Part shown: in pieces, positions 43,124 through 56,923 of the stretch
How positions within the stretch are numbered: the stretch's first letter is position 1
Layout of the letters: each line of letters begins with the position of its first letter
NCBI GenBank assembly: GCA_020137815.1
Contig: CM035350.1
Span: forward strand, 5,208,001-5,272,000
Length of the DNA: 64,000 nt
Source of the DNA: Hormiphora californensis
Lineage: Eukaryota > Animalia > Ctenophora
Reading direction: 5' to 3'
Position numbers and translations under genes: made by a program
The notes under the pieces: generated by a model
Database searches by the model: none
What the model was told of the DNA's origin: nothing
Seen by the model: the letters and a program-made list of their open reading frames with translations, nothing else

Positions 43124-43208
<85 letters not shown>

Positions 43209-45044
43209 AGTTTGTCAAAAGAGCTGGTTTGGACCGGATGAAACCGCTTCTAAAGATAATGAGTGATTACTACCACTGTACTACCGAGACACCATCAGAA
43301 GAGGTAAATCTCTCAGCTCTGATAGCAACCAATAGAATTCTAGTTTCTAATTGCCCACCCCCTTCTCTCTTATTCAGTACTCCACTTATTCGGTACTCCA
43401 CTTATTCCTAGTGTAAGACAGCGCTGTGTGAACTGACAACATCCCCCCTCAGATCATAGTAAAATGTGCAGATTGGGTGTATAACAGTATAGTGGACAGA
43501 TTGAGTGAGGGTTCCAGTTGGACCAGCTGGAGGAATAGACACGGTCTGGGTCTGGCGGTGCTGTTTAGTAAACTTATGTATCTGGGAGGGAGCGTTCTGG
43601 TCATGTTCCTTACAACCGTCATGTTCCAGGTAATAATAGGGAATAATAGGGACATAATGGGGTCATAATAGGGAATAATAGGGTCATAATGGGAACATAA
43701 TGGGATTATAATGGGATTATAATGGGGTCATAATGGGAACATAATGGGATTATAATGGGGTCATAATAGGGTCATAATGGGGTCATAATGGGAACATAAT
43801 GGGGTCATATAATGGGATTATAATGGGGTCATAATGGGAACATAATGGGAACATAATGGTATTATAATGGGAACATATTGGGATTATAATGGGGTCATAA
43901 TGGGGTCATAATGGGAACATTATGGGAACATAATGGGAACATAATGGGGTCATAATGGGAACATTATGGGAACATAATGGGAACATAATGGGGTCATAAT
44001 GGGGTCATAATTGGGGTCATAATGGGGTCATAATGGGGGTCATAATGGGGGTCATAATGGGAACATTATGTGGTCATAGTGGGAACATAGTGGGAACATA
44101 TTCTAGGTTCCATTATCCAATTATTTATCGGCCTGTGACAGATTCGCACCCGCAGATTAGAAAATTTCTTTATTTATAAAATAAAATATAAAGTTGCTGA
44201 TGTCTCCAGGTTGGAGACTTTCACACCTATGGTATTGAGTGGTTGAGACAGTTCCCAAGTGAGGAAAACTATACTACTTCCATTAAACACAAGCTGTTCC
44301 CCAAAATGGTCGCCTGTGAAATTAAACGGTTCGTACATCATTCAGAGCTGAAACAACTTGTAAACCGAATGTTGGTCTTTTTTTGACTCCAATTACTCGA
44401 GATATTTGTTTCACTGCAGTTTTACACGACATTATCTATCTGTAGATGGGGACCCTCTGGGTTGGAGGAGGAAAATGGAATGTGTGTCCTTGCTCCTAAC
44501 GTGATATTCCAGTACATTTTCCTTATCATGTGGTTTGCCCTGGCCATAACGATCTGCACAAACTTCATCAACATCTTCTTCTGGATCTTCAAACTGACTG
44601 CCATCAGATACAACTATAATAAACTTATTGCAACAGGTAAAATACACAGGCCGTAGCAAATTTACTTACAGAGTCAGACACAAATGTGTTGAATATATTG
44701 CGCGCAATTTTATATAAGACATCTCCGACGTGGTGTAGGGGTTAGCATCTGTGGCTCTCACCCACAAGACCCGGGTTCGATTCCCGGCGCCGGAACTCTT
44801 TTGCCTTTTTAAATCTTTCTTTTTATTTGTTTCTTTATTTTCAGGCCACTTCTCGCACAAGCACCCCGGATGGAAGTACATGTATTACCACATAGGGACG
44901 TCAGGGAGAGTCTTGTTAAATATAGTCGCTCAAAATACGAACCCTATTATTTTTGGGGCAATAATGGAGAAACTGACTCCGGCTGTGATCAAACATTTGA
45001 GAACGGGTCACGTTCCGGGGGAATACATCAATGATCCCGTGTGA
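41963..45044 (+). CDS. Innexin (gap-junction/pannexin family), constant body. Exons 41963-42128, 42239-42421, 42620-42741, 43211-43303, 43453-43629, 44210-44328, 44446-44636, 44845-45044; 411 aa from the ATG at 41978
   Basis: DDWLDQMNR, ISC..QDYCW, LWYQWIPF, LFPKMVAC, CVLAPN motifs; four hydrophobic segments; all introns GT-AG and phase-consistent. Confidence 0.96.
43632..44100. repeat. Intronic ~11-bp minisatellite (ATAATGGGGTC / ATAATGGGAAC)
   Basis: Visible tandem array in innexin intron 5. Confidence 0.9.
44724..44795 (+). tRNA. trnE-CTC: tRNA-Glu (anticodon CTC), within the last innexin intron
   Basis: 72-nt cloverleaf: TGTGG-CTCTCAC-CCACA anticodon arm, CCGGG-TTCGATT-CCCGG T arm, acceptor TCCGACG/CGCCGGA with one A-C mismatch; T-run terminator downstream and TATATAA upstream. 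Confidence 0.88.
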
Positions 45045-46038
45045 TAATTGTGTCATGTTTGTGTGTTTTTAGTTGTTTTTATGTCAGTGTTTTTGTGCAA
45101 GAAAGGAAGACGGCAAAAATAGAGAGTGAATGCGATTTGGATTGGGAATGGGTGGATTGGGTGAAAAATAATCTCCCAATTGTCGTATAAACTTTCCTGG
45201 GCAGCAGTATGTATGTATGTATCATAGGTTAGGTATGGAAAAATCTGTCAGAGCATTGGCCTGGCTGGGGAAATTGATTTTGGAGTTTTGAAACCTCTAA
45301 TTAAGAGTCAAAAGTTTGCATTTTATTTAGTTTCACTGACTCAGAATGATTTGTGACATTTTATTTTCCTATGTTGTTGCGGGCTACATATTACAATATT
45401 TTGCTCCAATTGAACAATTGCATTTCAAAAAGAGTGTGTAATTTGCTTATTTATTTCTGAAATGGAATGTGGTAAAAAAATACCAGCTGCCAATTGAATT
45501 CAAAAATTATTTGAAATTGAATTTCTTGTAAATTAAAACACATGATATGAATATAAAAAAGGAGGTTTTTTTCTTTGTGACCCTGATAACCAGAGAAGAG
45601 GTGAAAATGACCGTTCTCCAGTTTTGGGAAAGTTTGCACGCGCAAAAAGATTTATGTTGCGCGGCGTTTCATTGGCAAAGCCGCGCGCAAAATTCTTAAA
45701 AACGCGATCGGCGTACAAAAATTTAAAAAATTTCACTTCTTTCTAATTTTTTTCAATTTAAAAAAATTACAGGCACGACAAATGACAACTTGAGACTTTA
45801 TTCATTATTGCGAAAGAGCTTAGCACTGTCGGCCTTGATACCAAGGTTGAACTTCACCTTCTCAGAGTTCGGGATACCGTCCTTCCAGCCGGGACCTTCG
45901 GCCAGAGCCGCCCCTGCTTTTTGAGCAGAAACCATATTTCAAATAATTGGCATTGAAGAAAAATGCAATGACAATGCAATGTAATTTGTAGCTATGGAGT
46001 CCGCGAAGGACAATATATGAGTAGCAGACGAAACCAAA

Positions 46039-48357
46039 ATGTCGACAGACGGAACATTTCTTTCTGTTTTGAACAAAGAAAACCCAAATCTTGGAGTTAT
46101 TTCCAGTTGGTGTAGCAAAATTCGGACCAATGTAAGTCAAACGAACCCATCTCTGTCACTAACAATTCTCACTTTTTCTCCTCTCCTTCCAGGCTACTTT
46201 CATTGAGCTCCAAGAGACAGTTGCTTTACTAACTGAGAACTTGAAGGACAAATCAAAAGTTAGAGCAGAATTACTGAACAGGTGACGAGATAATTCCGAT
46301 GCCGCGGTAGTGGTAGACTTCACCAACCATTCTTTTTCAGGCCGGAAATGGTCTCAACGCTTGACAAGATTGTCCGACAGACCTATCAGGAGACTAAGGA
46401 ACAGTATAAAAATCCAATCCCTCTTCTTGACGTCTTCTCCTCAACACCAATCAAACCTAATCCCACCACCCCCGTCACTCCAATGAGCCTCCCAAAAGCT
46501 TATCGAGGTGATAAAAAAGCAGAGACTTCACGGAAACGCAGACGTGGTAAATCGCCCTCACCGCGTCGGCGATATCAGAGAAAATACACCAAGCTCATCC
46601 CTGAGAAGGATGCCTTATGAGTTGACTAACTGTCCATATCAAATGGCAGCAGCGTTGCGTGCTTTCTCTCTGTGTGTCACTCCTTCGTTTTATAACTCCT
46701 TGCTTCCTCTCTTGGATTTTGTATGAATTAAAATGTATTATGTATGTGGTAGATTTATAAAATTATTAATTAATTGCTTCTGACAACATCCCTGTTATTT
46801 TGCTTGTACCTTGAGAGTTTAATAATTAAGAATGTCGTAGGATGAGGGAGCGGTATCCCGAAGGGAAGATCTTATCAGCACTGAAAGAGCGGTCTGCCGA
46901 CCACAGGGTCTACTATCTCGCCCTCCAACGTCAGATAATCCTATGTCCTCATTGAGACGTTTACCTTCAGAGCTCTACCTCATTGTCAGATCACCCTCGG
47001 AGCGGCTTATATGCTGCAGTTTTCTTCCTGGAAGGAACCTCCCGCCTCGCCACCAAACTCCCCCAAACCCCTCTCTCAGAGGTATGTGCTTTAATACCAT
47101 GTCAATTTCTCTCCAATACAGTTTTCAACCAATTGATAAAGAATAACGATGAGCCTAGTCCTTTCCATCCCCCTTTCAGAAATCAGATAAACCAGAACCC
47201 TCATCATCACCAACAGTCGACCCTGAGTTAAGAGTTGGGTGGCCAGAAGCTCTCTCTCGAGTTGATGAGAGATCTGTGGCCGGTTAACTCACTCAGAATG
47301 ATCCTTAAACATATTTGGGATAAACTTGAGTTAACCGCTTTCGAGGTAATATAGACATGACTAGGTATTATATTATTTGCAATTAATACCCTGTTAACAC
47401 CACCCTATAATTCAGCAGGACCAGGGCTCGAAGAGTGGCACTACATCTCCCCCTGAACCGGATCACCCTTCTCAGTTTTATACCAACAACGATCCCATCC
47501 AACCAGCCAGCCTAGCCCGACTCTATCTCTTTCACACGGGCCTCCTGAACCCTCAGCAGCTTTCCAGCCCCCATGTGCGGTTAATTGAGGAAAAACCTAA
47601 CCTACGGAGGTACCTGGAGGAACTGGATACAATGCCAGCCCGGCCATGTCTCACAGTCGTTACAATGTTCCAGACAAACCGACAGGACTCGTTTTTAGCA
47701 GCTCTCAAGAATGAGGGAGTCCTATCAAATGTTGGGTTTAGAAACTTTGTAACGGGTCTAGGTAACCGAATAGTGGATACCAGCGTGTTTGGAGGTTGGA
47801 CGGGCCTGAAAAACACCCGACACGACCTGAGATTCCCCCACTACTCTGATTCACATCTTGAGATGAGTTTCATCTTACCCAATCTGATACCGAGTGATAC
47901 ACGAGCAAAGTTTTCCCAATCCGACCTTCTCACTGATATCACATGGGCATATCCCTCATCCCTCCGGTCATGCTTCCTTATATGGTCCGAGGACCCCGCA
48001 TCCCTAAACATTCCCAAAATATTCGGTGAGATTCAGATGATATTCGGACTCAGCCAAAATGCTACTGCTGTGATAGTAATATCGAGGATACCTTTAGTTT
48101 CTAACACTGCGGGTGTGTCCTCTAGGTTTAGTAGTTCGTTATGTATTTCCATCTACTTGGGAGGGAAACATCAATTGCCCCCAATTTCCTGTCTCCAAGG
48201 ACCCGATCTGGCCAATAGAATTCGAGGACTGTGCTGTGAGTACAGTAGGCTGAAATTAACTGCTGAAAAGGACCGAGCAGCTTTTATCCACCATAAAATT
48301 GTGGGAAAGTTTTCAAGCCTTCAGTCAGATGCCGTGCTTGAGGCCCTGTTTGTATAG
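46039..48357 (+). CDS. RALGAPB: Ral GTPase-activating protein beta-like (Rap/RalGAP domain); multi-exon, with apparent frameshifts near 46612 and 46950
   Basis: C-terminal ORF LARLYLFHTG..YLEELDTMPARPCLTV..FRNFVTGLG..GGWTG..HYSDSHLEMSFILP..LIWSED resembles the RalGAP/tuberin GAP fold; GWTG suggests the beta subunit. First exons are 46039-46131, 46193-46281 and 46341 onward. Confidence 0.6.
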
Positions 48358-48565
48358 TTTTTCTGTTTGGATAGTGTTTGATATAGTGATAATATGCTTG
48401 ACTTATTTTAAATGTCACAACTCGTATATATGGTAGATATATATTTAGTGTGTTTCACTGATTGTACTGGTTTACATGTATGTGTTTAACTTTAGCTTTG
48501 AAGTAGTTAAATATTGGTTGTGACATTGTGTCAGTTATAGTGGGAATGTCTGTGTCATGTGTGTG

Positions 48566-48605
<40 letters not shown>

Positions 48606-48869
48606 TGTGTGTGTGTGGTGTGATATTGATCAGTAATGTATTAGGTTTATCTCTCTCTCTTTTTTTGTTTTGTGAACCATAATATAATCACTACAGAAAC
48701 GGCTGTATTACTTTTTACTATTTGTCTTGGTTTTAACTTTTTAGAAAAAACACAACTTATTTTCTTACTTTTGATTCTTCACTGTACATTGTTCCATAAA
48801 CACACGGTGTTTTACTTTGTTTTTCTATTTACCTGTTCTGGGTATGAACCCAGATTCCGTTTAACTCCT

Positions 48870-49145
48870 TCTCCCTCTCTAAACCCCTCTTCCTCCCTCT
48901 CTAAACCCCTCTTCCTCCCTCTCTAAACCCCTCTTCCTCCCTCCCTCTCTAAACCCCTCTTCCTCCCTCCCTCTCTAAACCTCTCCCTCCCTCTCTAAAC
49001 CTCTCTTCCTTCCCCTCTCTCTAAACCTCTCTTCCTCTCTCTCTCTCTAAACCTCTCTTCCTCCCTCCCTCCCTCTACCCCCCTCCTCCCTCTCTCTCTC
49101 TCTCTCTCTCTAAACCCCTCCTTCCTGCCCCTCTCTCTAAACCCT
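48870..49145. repeat. Pyrimidine-rich minisatellite (CCCTCTCTAAACCCCTCTTCCT)n
   Basis: Tandem copies directly upstream of the BOD1L-like ATG. Confidence 0.8.
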
Positions 49146-49168
49146 CCTTCTCGTCCAAGTAAGAGGAG

Positions 49169-52100
49169 ATGGTCATGGATCAGGATGTTGATAAATTCGC
49201 TGGGAAGGTGGTAAACCTACTGAAGACAAACGGAAAGTTTGATGAGTTCAGAAAGATTTGTTCAGAGGAAATTGAAAATCATGTGCGTTCCTGAGTATTT
49301 TTAGTCAGGTGTAATTTCTGGGCTGGTATACACTGTACAATGTATTATACAATGTATGTACAATGTACACTATTATTATTATATACAGTATACACATACA
49401 GTCAGGTTAGAAACTAATTGTGAAAGCTACAACAGCATGTATTTTCTGTTTTCAGAAAGCCTTTTTGAAGGCTAAGGAGGAGATCGAGGAGCTCGTGAGG
49501 AAGAGGGTGGTAGCTAACCGACAGTCTGAGTACCCCCTTACTAAGAATCAGTTGAGAGCAGAAATAAGAGCAATGATGGCTAAACGGTATGTTGCTGTTT
49601 AGTGGGGATATGTAGCTGTTTAGTGGAGCTGCAGGGCACGTGCCACCCTTCCACCTTTTGGGGATACTATTATCATATGTAGCTCTATTTAGCAGGAATA
49701 TATATTACAAATTAAAAACAACAGCAGTTTTTATATATATATTATGTAGATATATCCAATGTTGTAGTGTGGGCCATGTAAAAGTGTTCTACCACGAATG
49801 GGAGCAATAAGAAGGGGCGGAACCTCAAACAAAAAAACACATCATGACCTCGTCCTCCCACACCCAGGGACATGTCCACTGCCCCAAGTTCTAACCCCAT
49901 CTAACCCGCATGTCCTGTGTTTCAGGAAGGATCTGCTAAACGGCTCCTACACAGCTATCCAATCAAGTCTCCGGAACCAGAAGAACCTCTTTGTAGACGA
50001 AATAAACACTGTGTCAGAACAATTTGAGAAGGAGGAGAAGGATGAGAAAGAGAACCCCACTACCACTACTACTACTACTAGTGAACCCACAGCAGCGGGT
50101 GATGACGGTCCCCCAGGAGTTGGTGATCCGATAGAGTTACCACCCCCGCCACCTCCTCCCCCTCCTGCTATGATCCCAGCTGCAGTAGTAGTACCACCTG
50201 TTATCGATCCCCACCATCTCCCACCAGTGATGGATCCCCACCTTCTCCCACCAGTGATGGATCCCCACCTTCTCCCACCAGTGATCGACACGGCCCTCCT
50301 CCACCAGACGGACTATCACACTGAGATGTTCAGTGCCGCTCCACCCTCCATGAGTATCAGTAACTTGCTGGCATCGGTCCAATCATCAGACTTCAGAACA
50401 CCTCCACCAGTTGTTACTGCTGCTAGTGCTACCACCCCTGGGACCCCTGAATACCCAGAGTCAGTTGTGTCTACTGGACCTCCTCCCCTTCTGGACCTAC
50501 CCCAGGGGTATGATAAACCATCATCCTCCTCGCGGGATGGGTACCGTTACGATAAGGAAGGGAGTTACAGAAGCAAGAGCAAGGATCCCTATATTAGTGG
50601 ATCAGACTACAAACGATCATCCTCAAAACCTCGTTCCAGCCGATATGATGAGGATTACCGCTCTTCATCTTCTTCCCGTCGTCGCAGCCCCAGCCCCTCA
50701 TCCCACAGATCATATAGCAGTTCCAAGGAGTATGATAAGTATGGGAAGAGTGTGAAGGACCTGTTCAAGACACCCGATTATTACAGCAGTAGTAGACGAA
50801 GTGGAGGTCATCCTGGATCTTCATCTTCTTCTTCGTCTCGATCAGAGAGGAGGAGGAGAGAGGAGGAGTGGTATAAGAAGCACGATCCCTATGCCATGCT
50901 CACTAAATACGGGATCCCCTACACGGGGAGTAGTTCAACTCACAGGTACCCAGATCTGACGTCCTCATCCTCCTCGTCTAGATCCCGGGAGGATCCGTAT
51001 TATTACGACAGGAAGAGGTATGAAGAGTACTACAAATCCGAGCGATCCAGCAGCAGCAGTAGTAGGAGTAAAGACCATTATTACAGCCAACATAGGGGCA
51101 GTAGTAGAGAGTACTATGAGAAGTCAAGTAGTCATCACCATTCTGAGAGTAGCAGGTCTGAGGACAAGTATAAAGACCGGGGCTACCGGGGTGAGGAGGG
51201 CAAGTACTATAGTAGGGGAGGAGGAAGGGGAGGGGAGGAGATAGAGGGGTATCCCTGGTGACTACCCTCCAGTACTTCCTCCGCCAGGGGGCAGTAGCAG
51301 CAGGGAGGGGAGTTATCCCACCAAGAGAAGAAAGGTACCCAAGTTATCCTCCAAGCAGTGGTGGTGGTGATAGACACTCATCTCCAGCTCCGGACGACAC
51401 TACCTCGAGACATTCCAGTGTTGAACCATCCCCAAAAACTGATCCCCCAGGGGCTTCTTCCCCTGCCGATGCCCCTCCTCCTCAAGCCGATAACGGTGAT
51501 GGAGATGATCAGTCCTCACCAGAGTCCCCCGTTAGGGAGAGTGCAATGGATAGAATGGAACAGGCGATAGCGAACATACCCCGAACGCCCGAAGAATCCC
51601 CACCACCTGAGCCGGCTCCTACTACAGTAGTGGCTGCTGCCGTTCCAAGTCCATCACCTAAATTTGAAATGAAATCACCACCACCCCCACAGCCGGCACC
51701 CTCCCCCAGGCCCTTTCCTGGATGTTTGGGGTCCATAGCCGATGAGTTTGAGATAGGTATGCAGGAGCCACAGATTTATGATCCAAAGCGAAAGGCAATC
51801 ATCGATTCAATTTTGCCGAAACCAAAGTATTGTGATATTTTAAAGGAGACATTTGTTGACAAAAAACAGGAGATAGAAGAAACGAGGACACCACCTGAAG
51901 ATCTCCCTAAGACGCCACCCACCGTCCTCCAGGCTCCCCGAACGCCCCAAGAACCACCCCAGACACCACCAGATGCTCCACAGACACCCCCTGGGGTTCC
52001 ACAGACACCCCCTGGAGTTCCACAGACACCCCCTGGAGTTCCACAGACGCCACCAGGGGAGCCGGTTACCCCACCAGAGGCACCCAGAACACCTAGCGAA

Positions 52101-53520
52101 CATGCCCCGCAGGGTGCTCCCTCCTTCCTTTGATCGGGTTGAAGCCCCTGCTATACTGCCAACAAACAGTCAGGAATTCCCAACACTCGAAGGGAACTCT
52201 TACCCCACTTACAATTGTCTCTCCCCCATCATTCCCTCAACCTGTCGACACGCCTACTGAGAGCAAAGCTCCCTTGGGTGACATGCCCAAACCTACCCCT
52301 GCCACGCCTATAGTCCTCACAACCAAGAGAATGCGTGTAAAATCCATTTCGGGGATAAAAGAGTCTTCGGATGAGGAGGAGGGAGAGATTCTCTCCGATT
52401 CAGAGCACCCGAAACACAAACCCGTCATATCACCCATCAAGGAGGAGGGAGATATGGTAGGTCAGGAGGTAGGTGGGTTACAGCTGAACAGGCTGGTGGA
52501 TTGCTGGTAGGTCAGGAGGATCACACCACTGGTGAGGCAGACCAGGTAGGAGGGGAGCTGGTAGGGGAGGAAGATCGGGCAGATGTAGGAGAAGTAAAAC
52601 AGGAGGATCCAGTCACCGTTGCAGCCCCTCCTGATCCCGGTAGCTTCCCCATTCGTAGTAAAAGGGATCTCTTCAAGGCACGGTTCTTCCAACCAGACCT
52701 AAAGATTGACTTTGCAAAACCGGAGGAAGATGCTGCTCAGCCCGAAGCGGGAGAGGGTGAGAAACAGATTGTTAACCCGGAGAAGTACTCTCGAACTAAA
52801 CGATTCAAGGATGTCCTCCAAGCACACGCTGCCATCATGCAGGATGAACCACCCACCGTCCAAGAGGGAGGAAATACCACTGTGTGCGAGAAGAAGGATA
52901 CAGTGGAGCCCGTTGCAGCAGCAGCTGATCCAGCAACTGCCGGTATATCACTGGTTGGTAAAAGGAAGAGGCTATTGAACGATTACATCGCATCCCTTGA
53001 GTCCAACCCTGAACCTGCCACCAAGATACCCAAACAAGAGGACCAAGGAGAGGATCACCAGGGAGAGGGTGCAGGGGAAATCATTCCTCTTGCCTCAAAA
53101 GAACACCTGCCTAAACTGAGGATAAAACCTGTTAGTGGGGGAATGTACACCTCGGAAGCGCTCACTGGCCCTCCCCCTCTTCACAAGGGATCTATAACAC
53201 CTGATGGAGTCCCAAAGTGCGTGATCAAACTGCCATCTGGTGGTGGAAAGGGCAAGGGCCGGTCTTCTCGTAGGGCTCTAAGATCACGAGAAGCGTCCAC
53301 TGATTCCAGCAAATCAGAGACTTTATCCGGTGCTGGGGAGGGAGGTAAATCCAGGTCAACCAGGTCACGAAAAGGCCGGAAACCCCCGGTAAAGAGTTAT
53401 GTTGAGCCTGAGGATGATCCAGAGGATAAGGCCGGGTCTGATAACTCTTTTGAGGAATCGGATGGAAAGTCGAGGAAATCGGGCAGAAATCGAAAGTCAA
53501 CTAAGAGATTAAACTTGTGA
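49169..53520 (+). CDS. BOD1L1: BOD1/BOD1L-like protein (N-terminal Shg1/BOD1 domain plus a long low-complexity tail). Exons 49169-49282, 49456-49586, 49926-53520; frame breaks near 51250, 52130-52230 and 52500
   Basis: VVNLLKTNGKFDEFRKIC..KAFLKAKEEIEELV..LTKNQLRAEIR matches the BOD1 domain pattern (LKSxGxFDxFRxxC, KNQLR); followed by consecutive Pro/Ser/Arg-rich ORFs. Confidence 0.75.
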
Positions 53521-53808
53521 TTTGACATAATTTGCACAAAATAATATTACGGGGTGGTTGATAACGTACGTACCAGAGAATTACTGTTTCTCAACTTGAT
53601 GTGTATCTGTAATTTGATTACAGTTCTCTTTTTTGACCAAAATGTACCTCCGTGTTTTGATGGATTATTATTTATTACCCGACCTAAACATCCTTACATT
53701 TCCCTAAACATCCTTACATTTCCCTAAACGATCTTACATTTCCCACTAAAGTGTCTCCATGTTACTATGTTGAATCCATCTCTTCCCCTTATAGGGAGGA
53801 GGGTCACC

Positions 53809-54593
53809 ATGAGGAAGAAGTTGGAAGGGTACGATTTCTACAGGGAAACCCTGGGATCCCCTGTAAATATCGTGGCCCCAATGGTTGATATGAGTGAGTT
53901 AGCTTGGCGGGATCTATCCCGGCATTACGGTGCGGATCTCTGCTATACCCCCATGTTTCACTCCGCCCACTTCGCAACCTCAGCCAACTATCGGGCTGAA
54001 AACTTCACAACCAATGCGGGGGACAGACCCCTCATAGTCCAGTTCTGTGCTAATGACCCTGAAATGATTCTAAAAGCGGCCAAGTTGGTTGAGGACCAGT
54101 GTGATGCGGTTGATCTGAATCTGGGGTGCCCTCAAGGAATCGCCAAGAGGGGCCATTACGGGGCTTTCCTCCAGGATGACTGGGACCTTATCGAGAGAAT
54201 TGTATCGCTCCTTCATAAAGAACTGGCGGTCCCAGTGACGGTTAAAATCAGGGTGTTCGATGATATAGAACGGACGGTTCGGTACGCCAAGATGATTGAA
54301 CGGGCGGGCTGCCAGCTTTTGACAGTGCATGGCCGGACGAGAGAGATGAAGGGACCTCATACAGGCATAGCAGACTGGGATAAAATCAAAGCAATCCGGG
54401 AAGCGATCAAGATTCCTATGTTTGCGAATGGGAACATTTTGTACAGTGAGGATATTCAGCGGTGTATAAAACATACGGGGGTTGATGGTGTCATGACTGC
54501 AGAGACAAATCTCTTTAATCCAGCACTTTTTACAGGTAGGGGCGGGTAGGGCAGTAAGGAGGATTGTTTTAGTGCAGTATATCTCTATCTCTC

Positions 54594-54628
<35 letters not shown>

Positions 54629-54645
54629 TTCTCTCTCTCTCTCTC

Positions 54646-54678
<33 letters not shown>

Positions 54679-55814
54679 ATGTATTTCTCTATGTCTCTCT
54701 CTCTCTCTCTCTCTCTCTCCCCTGTTTCAGGCCTCCATCCACCGACGTGGGAAGTGGTGGATAGATATCTCGAGATAGCACTGCGGTACAAAACTGGATT
54801 TATCTACGTCAAGGGACACGTCTTCAAAATATACAACCTTTCATTTCAGGTATCATACCCCGGACCCCCCCCCCCCTCTGGCCTTAATTACCGATATCAA
54901 TTATCGCTAATTAGTAATTGATAATGTGCCGTGAACTCAAAAGAAAGTTGTTCCATCACGCCTTATATATTGGCAGTATTGGTAGAGGGTACAGTTATCA
55001 GTACTGTATGCACATATTATACATACAGAGAAGCCTGTTAACTGCAGCAGCTGTGTGTACATTGTTCTTTCACAGTGTGAGGTGCAATAACGGGGGAGCT
55101 GAAAAATGATATCAGTATTGGTATAATGGCACTGAATGGAGCACTTTGTCTGCGTGTATTCTCTCTGGGTGCAGTTATACAGTGACTCTGTGACGTAATC
55201 TCTCGATACATTCCCTCCAATTCACAAACACCCCGTCCCTAACATCCTTCACTCTTCCACACAGGTTCGAACGGATCTCAGGGATATTCTGGCCTCTGTA
55301 AAGTCAGTAGACGACATAGTAGCCGCACAACAGAAGATCAAGGCAGGACTCATGTCAGACAGCGAGGCAGTTGATCCCGTGCTGCGTGTCCAGGAAGTGA
55401 CGACATGTGATAACTTCCGGTCCCTACCCTATTGGATATGTCAGCCCTACTTCAGGTCCACACGACTAGAGGCCCTATCTAGCGACACTGTAGCCCGGGA
55501 AACTGAGCTACAAGCAGCAGCGGGCCTTGGAACGAAAACAGCGAAAGGAGGCTAAGCGGCAGCGGAAAGCAGACGCAGCAGCGAGGTGTGTGACTAACCC
55601 CGCTAAGAGGAGGAAATATCCAAACTGTGGGACGTGTAGTCGCAACCCGGCCAGCTCCAAGTGTATCCACCAGCTGTGTAAACCGTGCTGTCTGCCTGTT
55701 ACTGTGGAACAGAAGGGACGGTGTGAGCATCATGGTGTGTTCACTGACAATGAGAGGTGGATAGCACGTCACCTTAACATCAGGACAGAAACTGCAGAGA
55801 GTGCGGAGAGTTAG
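53809..55814 (+). CDS. DUS1L: tRNA-dihydrouridine(16/17) synthase 1-like. Exons 53809-54535, 54731-54849, 55265-55814 (frameshift near 55525)
   Basis: [62 protein letters not shown] motifs; WICQPYFR and a C-terminal Cys-rich zinc ribbon. Confidence 0.95.
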
Positions 55815-56031
55815 TAGTGTCGGAAAGTAGTGTTCAGTTTTTCATTCATTTGGGCTTAATTTATCTTTAGTAATCTCCATCCGGTATATTATAACTAAAC
55901 TAAAACTCAGTGACTCAGTTTATTTATTCTTTCAACCCTTCCACTTTGTGTTTCCCTAGTTACTCATTTCCCTAACAACTCATTCGATTTCCAGCTCTGA
56001 GTTTTATCACCCCACACCCTGTATTTTAGCC

Positions 56032-56833
56032 ATGGACAGGGAAGTGAGAGTGGGAGGTAAGAACTATGACCTAATCAGGAACACCGCTAAACGTTATGAC
56101 GAGGGGAAGGACAAACCGGTTGTGGGTGCGAACAGTACAACTGATAAACATAGGAGGAAAGTTGAGAAGTTGATGAGTAGAATGGATAAACCAATTAACA
56201 TTCCCGAGACGGTACGTATCTTATTTGGGCTATCCTGCTTTACTAGTTCTCAAATTACCTTATATATTTGATCCATGGTGCCTGCTTTGTTACAACACAA
56301 TGCCAAACACAGAACTTATAAAATATGTTATTAGTCGGGAGTTATATGATCAGGTGGTCTTTTGTTCTGTTGTTAAATAGCGCCGAGACGTAGTCTGAGC
56401 ATCCTATAAATCCTAAGATGTATGTAATTGTGTTGTTAGGAGTCGGGAGAGAATAAATTATGATATGACGGTAGAGATAGAGATATACTATAGATAAAGA
56501 TGGTGAGAGATAGAGAGAGTGAGTGTGTGAGAGAAAGAGAGAGAGAGAGAGAGGGGGGAAGGAGACACGTAAAAATCAGTGTGTACAACATCTATGCATA
56601 AAGATAGTTTCTCCAATCTCCCTCTCTGAAAATCTCAATACTAGCAACACAACCCCCCCCCCCCCCCCCCGTGTTTTACTTACCCCCATCATTCCTCCCT
56701 CAGCCAAAAGAGTGGACCCCAGCCCAACCGCGGGAGTTCGTAAGGAACGTGATGGGAAGTAGTGCGGGAGCAGGATCTGGGGAGTTCCACGTTTACAGGT
56801 TAGAAAGAGAGAGAGAGAGAGAGATATGGAGAT

Positions 56834-56923
<90 letters not shown>

